This document shows positions 20,718 through 30,928 of a stretch of DNA of 64,000 bases, piece after piece. The position numbers and the translations under genes were made by a program. Positions within the stretch are counted from its first letter, which is position 1. Each line of letters begins with the position of its first letter. This DNA comes from Clostridiaceae bacterium (GTDB lineage Bacteria > Bacillota > Clostridia > TANB77 > CAG-508), in NCBI GenBank assembly GCA_021771025.1, contig JAETPW010000003.1, positions 108,010-172,009 on the forward strand, read 5' to 3'. The notes under the pieces were generated by a model that saw only the letters and a program-made list of their open reading frames with translations, ran no database searches and was not told where the DNA came from.

Positions 20718-22739
20718 TTAAATCATAAACGATTCATCATCTACCAATTCAGAAACAGAAAATTCATCATCAGAGAATGGGTTACTCATCTCATCAAGAT
20801 TATCATAAGGCTGTCCGTAAAGGATCTGATACAATTCTTTAGGGTTAAAAGTATAAGTGCCAATTTCTTCGTCTGCTTTTTTAAAAACAGTGATAACTCT
20901 ACCCAAAACATCAGATAAGTTAACTCCAGGAGTATTAATGAGTGCTAAAATATCATCATTTGTAGCAGAATTAGCGAACTCCTGATAGCGATTTTTCTTA
21001 TGAAAATCATGCCCCATAGTAGTTGAATCATCTTCTGCCATATCGTTCATTAAAAGAGTACGCTTTTGACTTTCCATAGCAAAGCCTGATTGCTTAAATT
21101 CAGATTTAGTACTAGATTTGTTACCCAATCTTCTCATCGGATAGAAAATTGAATCATGAAGAGATTGATATCCATTTAATTTAGGCATAGCAATATAATC
21201 TTTTCTCTTTCTGGAAATATGAACGATACCATGCTTTTTATAAAAGTCTTCTTCTAAATTCTCTAAATGATAAATTGCTTTAATTAAACTTGGTTCATCA
21301 TATTGGTAAACCTCAATCTGATGTTTAGGATCATGAACTAAAGAAGAAATATCATGAAGATTACCATCTTCATCTTCAATAGAAATAGAATTTGAATTCT
21401 TATCATGATAAATTTGTAAAACATTGAAAAAGGTTTGGCAATTGGTTTCAAGATCAGTAGACTGAATAGCATCTCGTAACAAAGTTAAATGACCATTTTC
21501 ATCTTTTTTTGCATTTTCAAACTTTCTTTGCTGTGAAGAAAGTTCAGAAGAATAGAGAAGATCTCTTTCATTAAGTATTTGCTCTTTTCCATCAATCATA
21601 ATATATTTTACGTGATTTTCTTTCGTTTTAATATCTTCAGGAGAAAAGGAAAAAGCAGAGTGAACAATTTGCTTCTTTCCATCAGTATTATAACAATACA
21701 GTTTTCCCTCTTCATAAGATACATCAGTTAACGGAAAATGAATACTACGTATAACAGGACGATGAGCAAATAAATCTTCAGTTCGACCGAAATGCTCTAC
21801 TAATTTTTTACTCAGGTCAGGAGATAAAGAATTTATCATTTTTGAAAATTTATATTGCTGCTCCTGAAGGGAATAAGAATATAAAAGAGAAGATAATAAA
21901 GAATAAGATACACTAGACTGGTCTCCCAAATCATTAATCAACTGTTCAATAGATTCCTGTTCCTGATCTGTATGAAAAGAAGAAAGTAAAGAATCAATGG
22001 AATTTTCTAAATGAGAAACATCGAAACCATTGAGTTCTAAAAACTCTTTTATACGATCTTTTTTCATCACGAACTCATTTTCATCAAAATGTTCCATTAG
22101 ATTCATTATTTTTGTATAAGAAGATTGTTGTTCGGATTTTTCTAAAGTAGATACTAATAGAGAATAATCATCAAGAGCGAACAACTCTGGATTTTGTTTT
22201 ATACGAGTTAACAAAGAATATACGTTCAAATTCTTATTTGGTAAAGACAATTTAGCACAACAGGTATTTAGCTGATCCATTAGTTGCTGAATAATTAAAG
22301 GGTCTTTTTCCTGTGATAAAATATCAGAGATATATTTGTCATGTAAAAACCAAAAAATTTTCTTCTTTTTCGCTTCTTTATCCTGTAAAAACTTTTCATA
22401 GGCTTCTTTATCTTTTGTCGATTTATTTCGATTTTCTCTTAATCCATTTTGATGATAAATGGTTTTAAGATTAGGAAAAAACAAATCAAGATTATCTTTC
22501 AAATATAAGAGAGTTTTGGTAAAATAACTAGGTTTAGCCTTTAATCTACCAGTTAAAGAAAAATCCACAGAAGGACATTCTTGAACTAAATAGGTATATA
22601 ATTTTTTCATATACGTTTCATAAAACATAAAATATTCATTGGAATATGTATGGTATGTACTAATAAAAATATCAGGATCAATATCACTATTAATTTTTTT
22701 GAGGGATTGAATAAAATTATTTTCGATAATGGAGTACAT
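20718..22739 (-). CDS. Stand-alone RelA/SpoT-type synthetase domain protein with two large insertions
   Basis: GRLKAKPSYFTK (aa 64-75), DLFAHR (aa 322), KDYIAMPKLNGYQSLH (aa ~513), ESQKRT..M..MAE (aa 556); AAAGGTGA SD. Confidence 0.75.
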   Translation of the reverse strand: MYSIIENNFIQSLKKINSDIDPDIFISTYHTYSNEYFMFYETYMKKLYTYLVQECPSVDFSLTGRLKAKPSYFTKTLLYLKDNLDLFFPNLKTIYHQNGLRENRNKSTKDKEAYEKFLQDKEAKKKKIFWFLHDKYISDILSQEKDPLIIQQLMDQLNTCCAKLSLPNKNLNVYSLLTRIKQNPELFALDDYSLLVSTLEKSEQQSSYTKIMNLMEHFDENEFVMKKDRIKEFLELNGFDVSHLENSIDSLLSSFHTDQEQESIEQLINDLGDQSSVSYSLLSSLLYSYSLQEQQYKFSKMINSLSPDLSKKLVEHFGRTEDLFAHRPVIRSIHFPLTDVSYEEGKLYCYNTDGKKQIVHSAFSFSPEDIKTKENHVKYIMIDGKEQILNERDLLYSSELSSQQRKFENAKKDENGHLTLLRDAIQSTDLETNCQTFFNVLQIYHDKNSNSISIEDEDGNLHDISSLVHDPKHQIEVYQYDEPSLIKAIYHLENLEEDFYKKHGIVHISRKRKDYIAMPKLNGYQSLHDSIFYPMRRLGNKSSTKSEFKQSGFAMESQKRTLLMNDMAEDDSTTMGHDFHKKNRYQEFANSATNDDILALINTPGVNLSDVLGRVITVFKKADEEIGTYTFNPKELYQILYGQPYDNLDEMSNPFSDDEFSVSELVDDESFMI

Positions 22740-22822
22740 AAAATCACCTTTCTTTCCTTATATCTACCTAGTAATTAGTATAACAAAATTAGAAAGAAAA
22801 AACAAGTGGACATAAAACAAAA

Positions 22823-22851
22823 TTGACAAAGAGGATAATTTTTTATATAAT
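22823..22851 (+). promoter_or_regulatory. sigmaA promoter upstream of the U32 peptidase gene
   Basis: TTGACA-17-TATAAT exact consensus. Confidence 0.85.
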
Positions 22852-23030
22852 TAAATAGAAAAATAGTCAAAATAAGCCAATAACTAAGGCGGTGCATAAA
22901 GCTAATTGATTTCAAGGAAATTTAGTGATTCAGTTTTATGCTACTTTACAATAATAGCCCCTAAGTTAGTACAAAATAAGAAAAATAGCAAACAAGAAAA
23001 ACAAAGAGAAATAAGAAAGAAGGAAAATAA

Positions 23031-24269
23031 ATGAAACCAATCGAACTATTAGCCCCAGCAGGTTCCTTTGAAAAAGCCAAAACAGCATTTTTATACGGAG
23101 CAGACGCCGTCTACTGTGGGACATCATCATTATCCTTAAGAACAAGAGCCGATATGGGAAATGAAGATTTAATAAAAACCATAGAATATGCTCATCAAAT
23201 AGGAAAAAAAGTCTATGTGACCTTAAATATATTTGCTTGGGACGAAAAATACCCAGAAATCATAGAAATGGCTAAGATACTAGAAAAAATTAGACCAGAT
23301 GGAATCATTGCCTCAGATGGGGGAGTAATGGAAATCTTAAAACAATATGCCCCACATGTAGATATCCATGTTAGTACACAAGCAAATGTTGTTAGCTTGC
23401 AAGCAGCAAACTTTTGGTATAAAAATGGAGCCAAAAGAATGGTCATGGGAAGAGAATTAAACAAAGAACAATTAAGCTATATCATGAAAAATAAACCAGA
23501 AGATATGGAAATAGAAGTATTTATCCACGGAGCATTATGTTTTGCCTATTCAGGAAGATGTTTCCTCAGTGATTTTCTATCCGGAAGAAGTGCCAATTTA
23601 GGAAGTTGTTCGCAAAGCTGCCGTTGGTCGTATCAATTGTATGCAGAAGAAGCAAACAACCCGGGAGAATATATGCCCATTGAAGAAAACGAATATGGAA
23701 CAAGCATATTCTCCTCAAAAGACCTATGCTTAATCAAAGAAATCCCAGAATTGATAGAAATGGGAGTAGATAGCTTAAAAATTGAAGGAAGATTAAAAAC
23801 AGACTACTATATTGCGAGTGTAGTCAGTAGTTACCGAGCAGCCATTGATGATTATCAAAAAGATCCTGATCATTATGACTATACAAAGTATTTAACTGAA
23901 CTAGAAAAAGTCAAAACAAGAAAATATACCACCTACTATTTTAATGACAGAAATAACCAAGAACTACAAGATTATAGTGGAAAACAATATAATGAAAACT
24001 ACGAATTCGGAGGAAAAGTAATTAGGCAAGAAGAAGGAAAAGTCATGTTAGAAATCAAAAATAAATTACAAGTCGGAGACGAAATGGAAATCCTTATTCC
24101 GGGCCAGTTAGCTCCATATCCCTTTACGATTAATCAATTATGGGATAGTGAAACACAAGAAGAAATCACTAGCGTAAGCCCAGGGGTAAAAGGGCAACAA
24201 GTCATCATGACAATTCCCATTCCAGTAGAGAAAGATTGGATTTTGAGAAGAAAAAAAGTTACTGCCTAA
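23031..24269 (+). CDS. U32 family peptidase (TrhP-like tRNA hydroxylation protein)
   Basis: ELLAPAG, HGALCFAYSGRC, CSQSCRW, SLKIEGR. Confidence 0.93.
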   Translation: MKPIELLAPAGSFEKAKTAFLYGADAVYCGTSSLSLRTRADMGNEDLIKTIEYAHQIGKKVYVTLNIFAWDEKYPEIIEMAKILEKIRPDGIIASDGGVMEILKQYAPHVDIHVSTQANVVSLQAANFWYKNGAKRMVMGRELNKEQLSYIMKNKPEDMEIEVFIHGALCFAYSGRCFLSDFLSGRSANLGSCSQSCRWSYQLYAEEANNPGEYMPIEENEYGTSIFSSKDLCLIKEIPELIEMGVDSLKIEGRLKTDYYIASVVSSYRAAIDDYQKDPDHYDYTKYLTELEKVKTRKYTTYYFNDRNNQELQDYSGKQYNENYEFGGKVIRQEEGKVMLEIKNKLQVGDEMEILIPGQLAPYPFTINQLWDSETQEEITSVSPGVKGQQVIMTIPIPVEKDWILRRKKVTA

Positions 24270-24343
24270 TGGGTTTGAGAATGAGTCTACTCTGCCATCA
24301 AGGTATCTTAGGTAAAAGTATTAGCATTGACCGTTCTCGCTGT

Positions 24344-25135
24344 TTAGGAAGAAAACAGATGAAAAATAGCAAAGCCTAAAATGACACATAAAATGCAGAT
24401 AATACCACCCAAAACATCAGGAATAACAGGAAAAAGGACAAAAACAGAGCCAAGGGTAAAGCCAATAATACTCCAAAAGGTTTGCCCATAAAAATGATCT
24501 AGCAAAAACTTAGTCACATTCATCCAAAGAAGACCGCCAATCAAAAGACCAATCCCCATAGGTACTAAAACAGGTAAATACAATTGTGAAACAGAGGTCA
24601 AGTAAGTAGAATATACTCCTAGTAGCATAAGAATAATGGTACTACTCACACCGGGAACAACAATGCCAACAGACATAAAAAATCCACAGATAAACAGGTG
24701 CAGAAAACTAATATGACTTATTTCTTGAAGCACTAAGGTTTTTTCTAAAAAAACAGAAGCAATACCAATTCCTAGTGCAATGAGAAAGAAAAGAGCAAAA
24801 GACCAGTGAAAAGTAGATTTTTGTTCAACCTGTTTTTTTAACGAGGGAATACTAGCTAATATTAGTCCAATAAAGATAGATTGTGTCTGCAAAGGAAAGG
24901 TAGACAAAGCGTAAGAAAGAATACGACTAAATAAGAGAACACCTAAAAAGCCACCAAAAACCAAAGGAAATAGAAATTTACTATTTTCTTTTATGTTATG
25001 GAAAAAGTGCAAAATACGATCTAATAAAGTTTCGTAAATGCCAAAGATAACACAGAGTACACCACTACTTATACCGGGGAGAATGGCTCCTGCCCCAATA
25101 GCAATTCCTTTTGCCGTGTTAACAAACCAGTTCAT
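24344..25135 (-). CDS. DUF368 family membrane protein
   Basis: Duplicated PG[IV]S[SG] motifs (ILPGISSG, VVPGVSS), multi-TM. Confidence 0.88.
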   Translation of the reverse strand: MNWFVNTAKGIAIGAGAILPGISSGVLCVIFGIYETLLDRILHFFHNIKENSKFLFPLVFGGFLGVLLFSRILSYALSTFPLQTQSIFIGLILASIPSLKKQVEQKSTFHWSFALFFLIALGIGIASVFLEKTLVLQEISHISFLHLFICGFFMSVGIVVPGVSSTIILMLLGVYSTYLTSVSQLYLPVLVPMGIGLLIGGLLWMNVTKFLLDHFYGQTFWSIIGFTLGSVFVLFPVIPDVLGGIICILCVILGFAIFHLFSS

Positions 25136-25438
25136 GGGATCAACCTCCTAGTATTCATTAGGGTCAATAAATGAAAGAAAATCATCTCTTTTCAATGTAT
25201 GAAAGAGATGAGGAAATATGAGTAAAATATCCTATCATAGGCTATTTATTACGCGAGACAACCCACACAGATAACCATTGTTTGAGACTACCTGTTAACT
25301 AATTTTGGTTTAAAAGCATTACGAATAAGAAAACTAGCTTAAAAGAAAAATGAATTAAGGAAGAAGGGGAAAAAACGAAAAGAAATTAGCATAAGGATAA
25401 AAATAATTGGATAATAAAAGAGAGGAATGTTTAGTATA

Positions 25439-26125
25439 ATGATAAAAAGAGTGATTATTGATGTAGATAATACATTGCTTGAATGGAAAAAAGAATACAG
25501 TAAAGCAATTAACCAAGCATTAGAGGAATTTGGTTTTTCTGCCAATACAGAAACCGTATTAGCCATCCAAAAAGCATTTGATGATTATGAAATAGAAAAT
25601 TTCATGGTGGATAAAAAGAAAATGGCTAAGTTTATTAATCAGGCGATGAAGAAGGAATTTCCAGAAGAATGTATAACAAAAATAATAGAAAATTGGTCAG
25701 AATGTGCGCCAGAGCAGGTAGATGATGAGATAAAAGAAACACTTATGCAGTTAAGTCAACACTACGAATTAGTCATTTTAACAGATTGGTTTGCCAAAGA
25801 ACAAAAAAGAAGGTTAGAAAAAGCAGGAATTTTGCATTTCTTCCCCGTTATTTATCATGCAGAACAAACAAAACGAAAACCATTTCCAGAAGCTTTTGAG
25901 CAGGCAATAGGTAATCATAAACCAGAAGAATGTGCCATGATAGGCGATGATTTTGAACGAGATATCCAAGGGGCAATAAATATGGGAATATTACCAATCT
26001 GGCTAACCAAAAAAGAAAAACAGGAAAAACAAGAAAAGGGTAACTTAAAATTCATTCAAGTAGCTAATTGGAAAGAGGTAAAACAGGTTTTATTAAGTAA
26101 AAACAAAAAAAGCTACGATAAGTAG
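25439..26125 (+). CDS. HAD family hydrolase
   Basis: DVDNTL, KP, MIGDD...DIQGA. Confidence 0.9.
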   Translation: MIKRVIIDVDNTLLEWKKEYSKAINQALEEFGFSANTETVLAIQKAFDDYEIENFMVDKKKMAKFINQAMKKEFPEECITKIIENWSECAPEQVDDEIKETLMQLSQHYELVILTDWFAKEQKRRLEKAGILHFFPVIYHAEQTKRKPFPEAFEQAIGNHKPEECAMIGDDFERDIQGAINMGILPIWLTKKEKQEKQEKGNLKFIQVANWKEVKQVLLSKNKKSYDK

Positions 26126-26247
26126 CCAAAAAAAGGAGAAAAGGAAACAAAGATAGGCAGAAAAAAAGGAGAAAAAAGAATAAACTAAAGATAAGAAGAA
26201 AAAGGAAGGAGGAATCTATGTTGGTAAAAAACGAACATAGAGGAAAT

Positions 26248-27093
26248 ATGAAATTAAACGAAAAATTACGAAAATTAAGAACCCAAAAACAATTAACCCA
26301 AGAAGCATTAGCAGAAAAACTAAATGTATCCAGACAAGCCATTACTAAGTGGGAAAAAGGAGAGGGAATACCAGACATAGAAAATATAACACAAATTAGT
26401 CGATTTTTTGGCATCACTATTGATGAATTGGTAAAAGAAGAACAAGAAATCAAGCCAAATGAAATCTATGCTTATACTTGGAAAAAAAGTTTGGCATTAA
26501 CTCATAGTAAGCGACTAGAGTTAACCGTAAAAAATATGAGGGAAATCACGTTAACAGGAAGTAAGGAAGATGCCATAGAAATAGAAATAAGCTCTAATGA
26601 AGTCGAACACCTAGAAGAAAGTATACGAATCAAAATTGATGACCCAAAAGATTTAAATAATCGCTATCAATTAAACATCAATAATCAAGAAAGCAAAAAA
26701 TCAGTAAATCTTAAAGTAACTATCCCACAAAAATTAATCGAGCACGTAGAAATAAAAACACACACGCAAAACATGATTTTAACAGAAATGAAATTAACTC
26801 ATTTAGAAGTTGATGGAGAAGTTCGTTATGTGAAAGCCATTCACACCAAAGGGTATATTGTTTTCAATAACGGCAGATCAGATATCGACCTTGAATTTGA
26901 CGAATTAGTAGAAAAATTAGACATTAATTTGATCAGTTCAAAAGCAACCTTAACCATACCAGAAACTAGTCGTTATGTGACATATAACAAAGGAAGATGG
27001 ACTACTATTGAAGGAAATCACGATACAGAAAAGGCAACAAATGAAATCGAATTAAATGGGCTAACCAGTAAACTAATGATCTTAACTAAATAG
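26248..27093 (+). CDS. XRE-family HTH protein with C-terminal beta-rich domain
   Basis: LTQEALAEKLNVSRQAITKWEKG..PD; alternative in-frame start at 26218. Confidence 0.85.
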   Translation: MKLNEKLRKLRTQKQLTQEALAEKLNVSRQAITKWEKGEGIPDIENITQISRFFGITIDELVKEEQEIKPNEIYAYTWKKSLALTHSKRLELTVKNMREITLTGSKEDAIEIEISSNEVEHLEESIRIKIDDPKDLNNRYQLNINNQESKKSVNLKVTIPQKLIEHVEIKTHTQNMILTEMKLTHLEVDGEVRYVKAIHTKGYIVFNNGRSDIDLEFDELVEKLDINLISSKATLTIPETSRYVTYNKGRWTTIEGNHDTEKATNEIELNGLTSKLMILTK

Positions 27094-27808
27094 AAAGTTA
27101 ATAGGGTACATTTTAGCGTAGTGCATAAAGCATTAAGCAAAAGAGTACTCTATCTTAAATTTTTATGATTTACAACTGATCCAAAATTTATTAACATTTT
27201 TTTGAATTCAGAATAAAAAAGATTTTCCACTTCAATAACCCTTTCTAAAATTGTTTTTTAGGCACTTCTTTTTTGCCATATTTTTTTCGTATTTATCCAA
27301 AATCTACTAAAAAACCAAATAGTAATAAACTTGAAATCTTATCTAGATAGGGGAGATAGAAATTATAGTTCAAGCCTTTTTCTATCTATATAGATAAATA
27401 AGAGTTAGATAGAATATACCATAGAAGAAAAGAATAATCTAGATTCTTAAAAAAAAGATTTACGTATTGCTAGATAAGAGGAGGGAAAAAAGAGATCTAA
27501 AAGAAATTCAGGGTAAAGATGATTGATGATAATAATAACCAAGATACAGAAAATTCATATAATAATTATTATAGCATATAGGAGGAAGACTCAAAAAAAT
27601 TATCATCCATTTAAGTTACGATATGTCTATAAAATTATTATGCTTTTAAACATACTTTGATTTTTATGTGGTTTATTTTATATAAATTGAATGAAGCTAT
27701 AGATAAATCATAAAAAAATCAACAAAAAAAGAGATGACGAAAGATAATCTTTATCAAATTGAGAGAGGAGGAATATGTTGGTGATAAAAGCTAACATATA
27801 CAAGAAAG

Positions 27809-28780
27809 ATGAATTCAAAAGTTATTTTAGAAAAGGCTGCCTGTGAGGTAGCAAAACAAAATTCAATTCCCCCTTTAATTTTTCAGCTTCCAGTAGAGGA
27901 GGGAAGAAGAAGACTAGAGGAAGCTCAAAATAGTCCTGTATATATGTATCCAGCTAATATTCAAGTAGATCATATCCATACAGGATGCTATGGAACAATT
28001 CCGGTATATATTGTTCTACCCAACTATGCACAAAAAACAAGAAATATCATTTTTTATCTGCATGGAGCTGGATGGGTGTTTGGTAGTTTTCATACTCACG
28101 AAAAATTAGTAAGAGAATTAGCTTATCGAACTAATTCAGTCGTTATATTTCCTGAATATACACGATCACCAGAAGCAAAGTTTCCTGTTGCCATTGAGCA
28201 GTGTTATTCCCTATTAACCCAAATTCCAGAAATAGTAAAACACCATCAAATTAGTGTAAATTTAGATACGCTAACTGTTGCAGGGGATAGTGTAGGAGGA
28301 AATCTAGCTATTGGTATGACACTCTTAGCCAAATTTCAAAATGGTCCTAAAATTCATAAACAATTATTATATTATCCAGTAACCAATGATGATTTTGAAA
28401 CAAATTCTTACAAAGAATTTGCCACTTGTTACTATTTATATAGAGAAGGGATGATATGGTTTTGGAATCAATATGAACCAGACAAGCAAAAAAGAAATTC
28501 TATTTTAGCTACTCCCTTAAAAGCAAGCTTAGAACAATTGTATGATTTACCAGATGCCATGATTTTAAATGGAGAGGCAGATGTATTAAGAGATGAAGGA
28601 GAGGCATATGCAAATCGATTAAGGGAGGCTTGTAATGAAGTAACAGCCATACGATTTCAAGGAATGATTCATGATTTTGTTATGCTAAATAGTTTAGATC
28701 AGACGAATGCTTGTAGAGCAGCTATGGATGTTTCAACAGATTGGATTAATCGAAAAAATGAACAAATAATTTTTAGGTAA
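27809..28780 (+). CDS. Alpha/beta hydrolase (HSL-type esterase)
   Basis: HGAGW, GDSVGG, D.LRDEG, HDF. Confidence 0.93.
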   Translation: MNSKVILEKAACEVAKQNSIPPLIFQLPVEEGRRRLEEAQNSPVYMYPANIQVDHIHTGCYGTIPVYIVLPNYAQKTRNIIFYLHGAGWVFGSFHTHEKLVRELAYRTNSVVIFPEYTRSPEAKFPVAIEQCYSLLTQIPEIVKHHQISVNLDTLTVAGDSVGGNLAIGMTLLAKFQNGPKIHKQLLYYPVTNDDFETNSYKEFATCYYLYREGMIWFWNQYEPDKQKRNSILATPLKASLEQLYDLPDAMILNGEADVLRDEGEAYANRLREACNEVTAIRFQGMIHDFVMLNSLDQTNACRAAMDVSTDWINRKNEQIIFR

Positions 28781-28873
28781 AGAAAATAATGTTTATAATT
28801 ATCATAGGTAGAATGATGAATCATAACGTCAGATAAAAAACATCAAATAAAAAAAGACGGGCGCCAAATAAAA

Positions 28874-28925
28874 TATACCCAATGGAAAGACACTCTTTTT
28901 TAGTGTCTATTCCATTGGGTACATA
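28874..28925. terminator. Bidirectional stem-loop between the esterase gene and sigK
   Basis: tacccaatggaaagacact / agtgtctattccattgggta. Confidence 0.75.
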
Positions 28926-28938
28926 AAAAAACGGTGCC

Positions 28939-29649
28939 CTATTCTTTTATCTCTTTTGCCAACTTACCAATTGCTTTTGTCTCAATACGAGAAACATAGC
29001 TACGGGAAATTCCCATCATTTCAGCAATTTCATGTTGAGTTTTGGGTTTATGACCATCTAAACCAAAACGAAGTTCAATGATGGTTTTTTCACGATCTTT
29101 AAGAACCTCTTTGATTTTATCGTATAATAGACGAATTTTCATCTTTAAATCTACTTCATCTTCAATATTTCGTTCATCATTTTCTAAAACTTCCTGCAAA
29201 GTTACCACATTATCATCTTTATCTTTTCCAATAGGTTCATTTAAGTAAACCTCAGAATTTAATTTCTTGGTAGCCCTTAGGTGCATTAAAATTTCATTAT
29301 CAATGCAACGAGAAACATAGGTAGATAATTTACTTCCTTTTTCTAATTTAAAACTATTAATTCCTTTAATTAAGCCAATGGTTCCAATCGAAATTAAATC
29401 ATCTTGATCAACATGACTGGTATTGTATTTTTTAGCCACATGGGCAACTAATCTTAAGTTTCGTTCAATTAACATATTGCGTGCTTCTTCGTCACCTTTT
29501 GCCATTTGCTCTAAACATTGCTTTTCTTCTTCTGATGATAAAGGTTCAGGAAACAAATTACTTCCTTGAATATATCCGACCACAAAAACGGCTGATGTTA
29601 AGAATTCAAAAAATCCCATTAGACCAGTCATACATAGTAGAGAAACCAT
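28939..29649 (-). CDS. sigK: Sporulation sigma factor pro-sigmaK (uninterrupted)
   Basis: GYI...FPEPLS.EEE, NLRLVAHVAKKY, DLISIGTIGLIK, ISRSYVSRIE. Confidence 0.93.
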   Translation of the reverse strand: MVSLLCMTGLMGFFEFLTSAVFVVGYIQGSNLFPEPLSSEEEKQCLEQMAKGDEEARNMLIERNLRLVAHVAKKYNTSHVDQDDLISIGTIGLIKGINSFKLEKGSKLSTYVSRCIDNEILMHLRATKKLNSEVYLNEPIGKDKDDNVVTLQEVLENDERNIEDEVDLKMKIRLLYDKIKEVLKDREKTIIELRFGLDGHKPKTQHEIAEMMGISRSYVSRIETKAIGKLAKEIKE

Positions 29650-29677
29650 ACATGCACCCCCAACTTTCTTACATTCA

Positions 29678-29710
29678 ATTATATGTAGGGAAAAAAGAAA
29701 AGTGCATGAC
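29678..29710 (-). promoter_or_regulatory. sigmaE-like promoter of sigK
   Basis: GTCATGC...CATATAAT on the minus strand. Confidence 0.5.
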
Positions 29711-29863
29711 CTGATAAAATTGGCAAATAGGACAGTTAGGCGTGAACAACCTTTTTTAGTTGCGGGCAAACAAAAAGACAAACAAAAAACAAGTAAAGTA
29801 AAAGAGAATAAAAAAAGAAAAAAGAAGCAAAATAAAAGAAAACAAAAAATGAAGGAGGAAAAT

Positions 29864-30349
29864 GTGAGTATTCATCTAGAAGAACTACCATTAACCCAAT
29901 ATCAAGAATTAACAGAAATTTATCATAAGCAACAAAAATATCATTATGAGTTAGGAGGAAGTTTGGCTGGTCAATTTCTGGAAATAGATATTGAAAAATA
30001 TTATCAATATTTACCAAAAGAACCAAATCAGGTAACCATTCAGGTAGCAAGAAATGAAAAAAATGAAATCGTAGGATTTGGCACAGTCATCATCGTCCAT
30101 AAAAGTGCAGCAAAAATAGAAGACCTATACGTAGACTCCGATTACCGAGGGCAAAAAATAGGAGAAAAATTAATGAACCAAATGAATGAGTGGATAACCA
30201 AAAAAAAAGTAAAAACAGTAGAACTAACGGTCATCAAAGGAAATGAAAAAGTAATTCAGTTTTATGAAAAATTGGGATTCAATCTAACAGGATATACCAT
30301 GAAAAAAAGAAAGGACAACCTTCCTTACGAACCAAAAATATTAATTTAA
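29864..30349 (+). CDS. GNAT family N-acetyltransferase
   Basis: LYVDSDYRGQKIG, N..VIQFYEKLGF; AGGAGG before GTG 29864. Confidence 0.88.
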   Translation: MSIHLEELPLTQYQELTEIYHKQQKYHYELGGSLAGQFLEIDIEKYYQYLPKEPNQVTIQVARNEKNEIVGFGTVIIVHKSAAKIEDLYVDSDYRGQKIGEKLMNQMNEWITKKKVKTVELTVIKGNEKVIQFYEKLGFNLTGYTMKKRKDNLPYEPKILI

Positions 30350-30567
30350 TTTTAACACACAAAAAGCAAAAAAGCAAATCAAAAAAAGTGTAAATGAAAG
30401 AGAATAAGATATGAAATGAAGAGATAAAATTACTTTAGAAAAGAAAAAACAATATTTTAGAACCAAAACAAATTTGTCAAGGTAACTAAGGTGTGTTAAA
30501 ATAAAAATAACTTAAGGGAAACCAAATAAACAATCCCCTAAGTACCAATTAAATAAGTTATCAATTT

Positions 30568-30756
30568 ACCCTGCATAGTACGTGTAGACAGAATTTTTAG
30601 AACCAACACATAGATAAGAGGGGCTGATCTTAGAAATATGGCGTGCAAGCTCACCGTTTGAATTGTGAGAAGCCCATGAATATTTCGGTAGGCACCCACC
30701 TGTTTGTAGGAACAGGTCCTTAAAAATTCGAGACATCTTACGGCTAAGGCGGGGAT
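30568..30756 (+). ncRNA. ssrS: 6S RNA (SsrS)
   Basis: Ends pair (ccctgc / gcgggg); Firmicutes-type GAACCAACAC and GGCACCCACCTG segments; ~190 nt intergenic. Confidence 0.8.
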
Positions 30757-30763
30757 TTTTTTG

Positions 30764-30817
30764 TTTTTTCGTTTTGGGGACGGTTCTCAAAAGGAAGTTT
30801 TTTTCTTTTTTGGGACA
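30764..30817. repeat. GGGGACG-core repeat; left end of an inverted pair
   Basis: ttttttcgttttggggacggttctcaaaaggaag is the exact reverse complement of 33104-33137. Confidence 0.9.
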
Positions 30818-30928
30818 GGTTTCAGACAAATACGTTAAAAATTAAATAGAAAATCTTAATTTCGCCAGACTATATAGGTTAAGAATGAAAAGAAGCAGAT
30901 AAATGTTTATCTGCTGTTTCTTCTCATT

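Noticed and set aside
27094-27765. 670-bp AT-rich gap with short ORF-like stretches
   Set aside because: Only interrupted fragments with no recognisable family or structure
28939-29649. skin-like element in sigK
   Set aside because: Reading frame is continuous through regions 2-4
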